In this document: positions 57,573-64,000 of the stretch, in pieces
Position numbering within the stretch: the first letter of the stretch is position 1
Layout: each line of letters opens with the position of its first letter
DNA from: a virus
Length of the DNA stretch: 64,000 nucleotides
IMG/VR virus record: IMGVR_UViG_3300022925_002539
Location: 1 to 64,000 of that record
Reading direction: 5' to 3' (one strand)
The notes under the pieces: generated by a model
What the model was told of the DNA's origin: nothing
The model's database searches: none
Seen by the model: the letters and a program-made list of their open reading frames with translations, nothing else
Made by a program: the position numbers and the translations under genes

Positions 57573-58814
57573 ATGGATACAGTTGTAATTTATCCGGGTA
57601 GATTTCACCCGTTTCATAAAGGACATAAGAGTGTATATGATACACTTGTAAAACGTTTCGGAAAGAATCGTGTGTTTATTGCTACAAGTAATAAAGTTGA
57701 TCCACCTAAATCCCCATTCACTTTTGAAGAAAAACGAGCAATGATTGCCCTAACAGGCATAGATCCAAGCCGTGTTATCCAAGTAAAAAATCCATACCAG
57801 GCAACTGAAATAACAGACAACTACGATCCCCAAAACACAATAGTGTTGTTTGCAGTCAGTGATAAAGATATGGCTGAAGATCCTCGTTTTTCCTTCAAAC
57901 CTCGCAAAGACGGAAACCCAAGTTATTATCAACCAGCACAAAAAGATATGCAGGGTTTTGATAAGCATGGTTACATAATTACAGTACCTACATTACAATT
58001 TAATGTACTAGGAAAGCCAATGCGTAGTGCAAGTGAGTTTCGTGCAAACTTTGCTCGTGCAGATGCAGATACACAAAAGCAAATGGTAACAGATTTATTT
58101 GGCAAATATGATAGCAAAGTTCATAATATTATGACACAAAAAATTAATGAAACACTTGTACGTGCAGATGAAATATTAGATAAACTTATTGAAATGGGTG
58201 CAGACGATCACTATATATTAGAAGCATGTCGTAGAGTAGATGCACTTGTTGAAAGTATGCAAGTTAATGAACTTAAAGGCAATGCAAGACTTGTTAGAAG
58301 TCCTGAAGAGATAGATAAAAGATTGACTTTTATAAAACCAGTAAAAGGATTGTCAAACTTAATAACACCTAAAAAGCCAACAAGATTAATGAAACGTAGA
58401 GCATATAGTCAAATGCCTGAGGAAATTACAAAGTTTGATGATGCAGATCCTATGAGCAGTATAATTGCAATTAGAGGTATTGGTACAATGACAATTCCTC
58501 AAGCATTAGATAAAGTTGCAGAAATGTCTAGTATGATTGCAGAAATAGCAAAATCATATGATGCAAAAGATGTACAGGATAATGTTCCTTACTATATGAA
58601 TTTACTAAAAACTTATAATGAAAGTATACAGGAAGCATACAGTGAATTAGCACAACAACGTAAACGTGGTGGCACAAAAAGTCGTGGCATAGATCCTGAC
58701 ATCACTGAGGATGAATTGACTGAAAAGTGCTGGCCAGGTTATGAAAAAAAAGGTATGAAGACACATTATGGAAAACGTGTACCTAACTGTGTAAAGAAAG
58801 AAAGTATAAATTAG
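57573..58814 (+). CDS. HIGH-type cytidyl/nucleotidyltransferase, multidomain
   Basis: YPGRFHPFHKGH, SAS..R; C-terminal CWPGY...VPNCV module. Confidence 0.8.
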   Translation: MDTVVIYPGRFHPFHKGHKSVYDTLVKRFGKNRVFIATSNKVDPPKSPFTFEEKRAMIALTGIDPSRVIQVKNPYQATEITDNYDPQNTIVLFAVSDKDMAEDPRFSFKPRKDGNPSYYQPAQKDMQGFDKHGYIITVPTLQFNVLGKPMRSASEFRANFARADADTQKQMVTDLFGKYDSKVHNIMTQKINETLVRADEILDKLIEMGADDHYILEACRRVDALVESMQVNELKGNARLVRSPEEIDKRLTFIKPVKGLSNLITPKKPTRLMKRRAYSQMPEEITKFDDADPMSSIIAIRGIGTMTIPQALDKVAEMSSMIAEIAKSYDAKDVQDNVPYYMNLLKTYNESIQEAYSELAQQRKRGGTKSRGIDPDITEDELTEKCWPGYEKKGMKTHYGKRVPNCVKKESIN

Positions 58815-59425
58815 TGTTATTAGATAGTATACATAAACAAAATGTGTTCACTGAACAAGAAATACAAAGTCTAGAATCTAGTATTGCAGATATTTGTACA
58901 ATATCTGAGCATGTTACAGATGGCAAAATGTATGCAAGAGTTTATGAATGGGATTTTTACAGTGAAAATGCACAGAAAATAAAAAATATACTAGAACCCA
59001 AGTTGCCTGTAACAACTGTAACTCAAAGTCATATACTAGACAGTTTTTATCCTTATGAGATACACACAGACGTAAAACATAACAACGATAAAGTTGATAG
59101 TGAATATACTGTTATTATACCTTTAGAAAACTATAATAGTGAAACAGTTGTATTTAATGAACATAATGAACACACTAATGAGTTTGAAGATTTTAAACAA
59201 TCTTATTCAGGATCACGTGAATTAAAAATTCCTATTGATATGTGTTTAAAACTTACTCATTTACATCCAAAAGATCTTAAATATCTGAGTATAAAAGAAA
59301 CATTTCAATGGTCAAAAGGCAGTCTGTTTGCTTTCGATAGAAAATATTATCACTGTAGCGATAACCATTTAAAATCTTTAGACACTAGCAAACGTGCTAT
59401 ACTATTATGGACAAGTAAGCAATGA
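58814..59425 (+). CDS. 2OG-Fe(II) oxygenase
   Basis: IHTD, IIPL, W.KG....FD...YHC, K/R. Confidence 0.6.
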   Translation: MLLDSIHKQNVFTEQEIQSLESSIADICTISEHVTDGKMYARVYEWDFYSENAQKIKNILEPKLPVTTVTQSHILDSFYPYEIHTDVKHNNDKVDSEYTVIIPLENYNSETVVFNEHNEHTNEFEDFKQSYSGSRELKIPIDMCLKLTHLHPKDLKYLSIKETFQWSKGSLFAFDRKYYHCSDNHLKSLDTSKRAILLWTSKQ

Positions 59426-61767
59426 AATTAGATGAATTTGGTGTAGGAAAAATTACTGCACAAAATACAACTAAAGATGTTAAACCAGGCGAAACAGAAC
59501 GTCAGGCAAAAAAACTTGGCTTAATGAATGGCAAAGCAAAGTTACTACATAAAACTGCTGCAAAGAATAGTGATCCAAACACACTTTTTAATTTAGGAAT
59601 TGCAGAAGATTATTCAAAAGATATGGATGAGAAATGGTTTAAAAATAATATTTCAAAAATTGCAAAAAAGTATAACATAGACCCAGACGTAGCACTTAAA
59701 GTATGGCGTAGTGAAGGCGGTATGAAATGGCAGAGCCAATTGAAACCTAAGACAACAAAAGTCAAAACTGCAGGTGGCAAAGAAGCAAGTTATGGTCCAT
59801 TCCAATTGTATACAGGTAAAGGTGGACTTGGTAATGCTTGGGAAGAAAAATATGGCAAAAAACTTTCTACTGCAAATAGTCCGGAAGATGTATTAAGTCA
59901 AATAGATTTTGCATTGAGTACAGTTCCAAAACGTGGTTGGCAAGATTTTAAAGGTGCTGAAAGAGTAGGTATCAAACAGAATCAAGGCGTAAACATGTAC
60001 AAAGATTTACCTAAACCTAAACCTACAGATTTAAAAAACAAAAGTATGTATAAAAAATTGGATAAGGTACAAACACAACCTAGTGTTTTAGATCCTCGTC
60101 CACTAATAAAGAAAATACCAGATTTAGTTAATCCACTACCACTTGCTAGAACACTTAAAAAGCAAGGTCAAGACTTTTACAAACAAAGTAAAAAAGAGTT
60201 AGACAACATTAGTGTAGACAAAGATAGTTTTACATACAAAAATATTGTTAAACCAGCTGGTAAAGCATATGATTACATAAGTAAAGGCTTTACAGGTTTT
60301 ATGAAAGATTTAAAGAATAGTCCTGAGTATAAAGCTGCAGGTGAAAAAAATAAAAAACTATATGGACCTAAAAAAGAAAACACAGTAAAAGAACTAAAAA
60401 TACAAAAGCCAGATCCTAAAACTACACTAGGTATAAAACGTAAAGATATGCCACAGATTAAGAAAAAGGATTATGAAGAGTTTATAGAATACTTACAGAA
60501 TAACGGTGCAAAGTTCCGTAAAGAAACAGTTCCTGCTAGTGAACTAAAAGCAATGCAAAGTGAATTTAGCGACAAAGGTATTATTAAACAAATTGAAAAA
60601 AATTTAGATCAGGGTATTAATACAAAAGCAATTATTGTAAGTGAAGATGATTATGTTCTAGATGGACACCATAGATGGCTTGTTGCAAGTAATACAGGCA
60701 ATGACTTAGACATTTACCGTATCAATATGCCTGCATATGAATTATATGATCTAGTAAAAGGTTTTGAAAAGACATATTACAAAGATATGTATGACGAAAC
60801 ACGTGGCAGTATTGGCGTACCATTGTCCAGTGGATTAGTTGTAAGTATATTTCCACATCGTCCATTAAAAATAAAAAAACCTACTAAAGGCAAATTGAAT
60901 TACAATGAAGATTTAAACACACAACGTGGTAGACTAGAATACTTTTTAAAGCAACCTAGTATAAGTCAAGGTAGAGCAATACATTTAGGCAAGTTACCAA
61001 AATACCACGATGGTGATGATGAACTTGCAAAATTAGTTCCAGAACGCAATGGTGTGTACGCATTGCATCCTGATGCGTGGGAAAGTACATTTTATAGTTT
61101 AACAAATAAAGACCTTAAAAAGATTACTCGTTACCAACCAGCAATTGTAAAAATACCTGAAGGTAGTATTGTTGCTGATATGGCAATTGCTAATCAGTTT
61201 TATAGAACAAACGATCCAGAAGAAAAAGAAAAGTTTGCAAAAGCATACAAAGACAGTATAGTGCCTTATGGTAGTGATACTAGTCATATAAAGATGCCTG
61301 AAATTATTATGCCACGGCTAATAGAAAGCAAAATGAAAGGTGGTTCAGATTTTTATAAATTTATGGGATATAAACTTAAAGATTTAGATCCTGATAACAT
61401 TAGACAACTTCCTAAAGTATTAAAAATAGATCCAGCCGTAGCAAAACCTAAACTTAAACCAAAAGTTGACCCTGAGGATTTTGAAGAACAAATAGATGAA
61501 GATTTAAGAGATTGGTTCAAACAAAAATGGGTAAACATTGGTAAGAAGAAAAAAGGCGGTGGACATCCTGAGTGTGGCACTAGTGGCGATAAACGTGGAT
61601 ATGCAAAATGCGTACCTGCTGCAAAAGCCGCCAAGATGACTAAGAAAGAAAAAGAAAGTGCAGTAAGACGTAAGCGAGCTGCACAGAATAAAAAAGGCAG
61701 AGGCGGTAAAAAGAAATCAGGTTCAGGTAAAAAGCCAATTCGTGTAAGTACAAAGGCTAAAAAATGA
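59422..61767 (+). CDS. multidomain protein: lysozyme-like, ParB-like and DUF5872-like modules
   Basis: RSEGG...SYGPFQL; VLDGHHRW; EDLRDWFKQKWVNI...KCVP. Confidence 0.7.
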   Translation: MKLDEFGVGKITAQNTTKDVKPGETERQAKKLGLMNGKAKLLHKTAAKNSDPNTLFNLGIAEDYSKDMDEKWFKNNISKIAKKYNIDPDVALKVWRSEGGMKWQSQLKPKTTKVKTAGGKEASYGPFQLYTGKGGLGNAWEEKYGKKLSTANSPEDVLSQIDFALSTVPKRGWQDFKGAERVGIKQNQGVNMYKDLPKPKPTDLKNKSMYKKLDKVQTQPSVLDPRPLIKKIPDLVNPLPLARTLKKQGQDFYKQSKKELDNISVDKDSFTYKNIVKPAGKAYDYISKGFTGFMKDLKNSPEYKAAGEKNKKLYGPKKENTVKELKIQKPDPKTTLGIKRKDMPQIKKKDYEEFIEYLQNNGAKFRKETVPASELKAMQSEFSDKGIIKQIEKNLDQGINTKAIIVSEDDYVLDGHHRWLVASNTGNDLDIYRINMPAYELYDLVKGFEKTYYKDMYDETRGSIGVPLSSGLVVSIFPHRPLKIKKPTKGKLNYNEDLNTQRGRLEYFLKQPSISQGRAIHLGKLPKYHDGDDELAKLVPERNGVYALHPDAWESTFYSLTNKDLKKITRYQPAIVKIPEGSIVADMAIANQFYRTNDPEEKEKFAKAYKDSIVPYGSDTSHIKMPEIIMPRLIESKMKGGSDFYKFMGYKLKDLDPDNIRQLPKVLKIDPAVAKPKLKPKVDPEDFEEQIDEDLRDWFKQKWVNIGKKKKGGGHPECGTSGDKRGYAKCVPAAKAAKMTKKEKESAVRRKRAAQNKKGRGGKKKSGSGKKPIRVSTKAKK

Positions 61768-63161
61768 GAATAGACCAGATCACTGAAAAGTGGAGCCAAA
61801 AATATAAGCGAAGTATAGACTGTAGTAACCCAAAAGGTTTCTCACAGAAAGCTCACTGTGCTGGTCGTAAAAAGAAAAAGAATGAAAGTATCCGCGAATC
61901 ATATGAAATAGAGTTTGTTTGTGTAAACCCTAAGTTCTGTGATGCCACTGAGCAAAAGAATCAAGATAGACTATTCCAAGCACTAAGAGCAGTACCAGGT
62001 ATTATTGTATACAAGCAAGACTTTGATGAGCATAACAGTATGGCTGCTATTATTAAAGATGAAGCAGACACAGACGCACCTAAACTAATACAAAAAATAG
62101 CACAACAACACAAAGTTGCTATTGATTTAGAAAATGATGTTAGCCAAAGTATGATGGATGATATTATCACTGGCAGACTTGAAGGACTCACAGACTATTA
62201 TGATACAGATAGTTTGTCAGAAGCAAAAGCAAACGAATCTATACCAAGTCCCGATAAAATGGGTAAACCTACTTTACCAAGTTTACAAAATACAATTCAA
62301 GATCTAAACGACTTAATAAAAGACTTAGACAAAGGTAAACCACAACCTAAAGAAATAATACTTGATCCTGAAGATTACAGAGAGAAACGTAAGAAGTTTA
62401 AACAACAAGGTAAGCCTTATATGATTACTAAGGTTCAGGAAGTACAGGTTGACGAAGGTGTAAATGATCCGCACATTTTTAAAGCAGTGTTTATGGCAGG
62501 TGGTCCAGGCAGTGGCAAAAGTTTTGTAGCACAAAACATATTAGGTGGCACAGGATTACGTGCAGTAAACAGTGATGAAGTATATGAATTTTTATTGAAG
62601 CGTCAAGGTCTTTCTCTGGATCCAGACACAATTGCTTCTACCCAGGGCCAAGAAATCAGAGGTACTGCAAAAGACTTAACTGCTAAAAGACAACAAAATT
62701 ATATCGATGGCAGAATAGGATTGTTAATTGATGGTACCGGTAAAAATGTTAGTGTAATACAAGACCTAGCACAAAAATTAAAGAGCATAGGTTACAGTGT
62801 TAGCATGATATTTGTTAATACTAGTTTAGAAGTTGCACAACAAAGAAACAGACAAAGAGACAGAGTTTTGCCTGCTAATTTAGTAGCAGACTCTTGGAAT
62901 GAAGTTCAACAAAACCTTATGAAATATCAGCAAATCTTTGGTGCTGATAGATTTCATATCGTTGATAACAGTGGAGGATTAGAAGATCTTGATAGACAAA
63001 AAAACTTTGATAAAGTATACAATGAAGTACAACGTTTTTTAAACACTCCACCTAAACATAAAAAAGCATTAGAGTGGATTAAAAATCAAAAGGCACAGAA
63101 CAATGCAAAACCAACAACCAACAGTGGAAAGTCTGATGGAGGAGTTACAAGCACTAACTGA
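61764..63161 (+). CDS. multidomain protein with zeta-toxin/AAA_33-like P-loop kinase
   Basis: IDC.NPKGFSQKAHC module; MAGGPGSGKS, VNSD, IDGTG, RNRQR.R. Confidence 0.75.
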   Translation: MRIDQITEKWSQKYKRSIDCSNPKGFSQKAHCAGRKKKKNESIRESYEIEFVCVNPKFCDATEQKNQDRLFQALRAVPGIIVYKQDFDEHNSMAAIIKDEADTDAPKLIQKIAQQHKVAIDLENDVSQSMMDDIITGRLEGLTDYYDTDSLSEAKANESIPSPDKMGKPTLPSLQNTIQDLNDLIKDLDKGKPQPKEIILDPEDYREKRKKFKQQGKPYMITKVQEVQVDEGVNDPHIFKAVFMAGGPGSGKSFVAQNILGGTGLRAVNSDEVYEFLLKRQGLSLDPDTIASTQGQEIRGTAKDLTAKRQQNYIDGRIGLLIDGTGKNVSVIQDLAQKLKSIGYSVSMIFVNTSLEVAQQRNRQRDRVLPANLVADSWNEVQQNLMKYQQIFGADRFHIVDNSGGLEDLDRQKNFDKVYNEVQRFLNTPPKHKKALEWIKNQKAQNNAKPTTNSGKSDGGVTSTN

Positions 63162-63387
63162 AGATTTACACGAAAGAAAGTCAAAACCCGGTAGTAGACC
63201 AGGTAGTTTAAAACGCAAAGCAGCACAATACTTAGGCAAGGGTGCAGGAGAAAAACTAAGTAAAACAGATTTAAAAAGACTTAGAGCTAAAGCAAATAAA
63301 ATGAAAAATAGCACTAAGAAATCTGAAAGAGATAGAGGCATACAATTAGCAAGACAAGTAAGTTTTGCATTTAATATGCGAGATTAA
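63103..63387 (+). CDS. small basic hypothetical protein
   Basis: LHE then K/R-rich PG.LKRK...FA.NMR. Confidence 0.55.
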   Translation: MQNQQPTVESLMEELQALTEDLHERKSKPGSRPGSLKRKAAQYLGKGAGEKLSKTDLKRLRAKANKMKNSTKKSERDRGIQLARQVSFAFNMRD

Positions 63388-63389
63388 AA

Positions 63390-63614
63390 ATGTTATTAGA
63401 AGCAAAACTAAAATGCGATAAAGATCATATTCCATATAGAATATATGTGAACGATGAACTAGTCACAGAACGCTTTTATACAATTGCTTCTAAAAATACT
63501 GTTAGTAATGATTTACAAATAGAACTAGTTGATGCTAATGACTATGATGTAAAAATAGAGAGTTTATCAGACACACCAGTGCATTTAGTTGATTATACAG
63601 TAAGGAAAATATAA
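63390..63614 (+). CDS. hypothetical protein
   Basis: P.YRIYVNDEL..ER motif. Confidence 0.55.
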   Translation: MLLEAKLKCDKDHIPYRIYVNDELVTERFYTIASKNTVSNDLQIELVDANDYDVKIESLSDTPVHLVDYTVRKI

Positions 63615-63615
63615 A

Positions 63616-63828
63616 ATGAGAATACGTGAAATAACTGAAGCTGCAAGCAGTGGTGCAACTAGTAGTGGAAATATGGCTGCAGTTGCAAATCCTATACAAG
63701 CACATCAAAAATTAAAACGTGATAAAAATGGTATACCGGTTGCACCACAAAAAAAGAATCCAGATGGTACTGCTAAGAATGCACTTGACGTAAAAGATAA
63801 TGTTATGGGTACACCTATAAAACGATAA
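63616..63828 (+). CDS. small protein with MRIREITE leader
   Basis: E.A..GATSSG..A.V.NP; DGTAKNALD. Confidence 0.6.
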   Translation: MRIREITEAASSGATSSGNMAAVANPIQAHQKLKRDKNGIPVAPQKKNPDGTAKNALDVKDNVMGTPIKR

Positions 63829-63861
63829 ATAACACTAACACATATTAATCAGGAACTAACT

Positions 63862-64000
63862 ATGCGTGATATTATTAGTAAATTAGAAGAATTAAATACT
63901 GACCAGCAACCAGTACAAGAAGTATTAAGTAGCAAAGGTAAGGATAATCTTATTAGAGCAGTACAAAACTTTGAAAGTATGGCAGAAGATTTAAATTTAA
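63862..64000 (+). CDS. hypothetical protein (partial, runs off window)
   Basis: MRDIISKLEELN...; TAAATA at 63826; AGGA SD. Confidence 0.5.
   Translation, partial: MRDIISKLEELNTDQQPVQEVLSSKGKDNLIRAVQNFESMAEDLNL

Overview
An AT-rich (roughly one third GC by eye), gene-dense 64-kb segment of a large lytic myophage genome of T4-like/jumbo type, read in the standard genetic code. The host is Gram-negative (Rz/Rz1-type spanins) and probably an aquatic alphaproteobacterium (inference). Contents: (1) host-like metabolic, stress and translation genes (glyA, dadA-like, uvsE, iscA, phoH, mazG-like, BI-1/YccA, groES, dnaJ, clpA-like, bL33-like, tctA/tctC); (2) replication genes (clamp-loader ATPase, a DnaE fragment, a DNA methyltransferase, a deoxyribonucleotidase); (3) a baseplate/tail-fibre block at 23-31 kb; (4) a lysis block (GH108 endolysin, spanins, candidate holins); (5) dispersed glycan/lipid-modifying enzymes; (6) a block of probable capsid-internal multidomain proteins at 57.5-64 kb; (7) three tRNAs. 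Two promoter classes recur: sigma70-like TTGACA-N16/17-TAnnnT and T4-late-like TAAATA. Strongest leads: a six-gene minus-strand operon of exported/membrane proteins with pilin-like and chaperone-like members but no usher (12.9-16.1 kb); a tRNA-Ser with the rare ACU anticodon; a TctA/TctC transporter cassette with modifying enzymes and a structured, possibly switchable leader; fixed promoter-to-ATG spacing suggesting leaderless mRNAs; tandem NrdR-like boxes at a non-nrd gene. All family calls come from motif recognition by eye; no database search was run.
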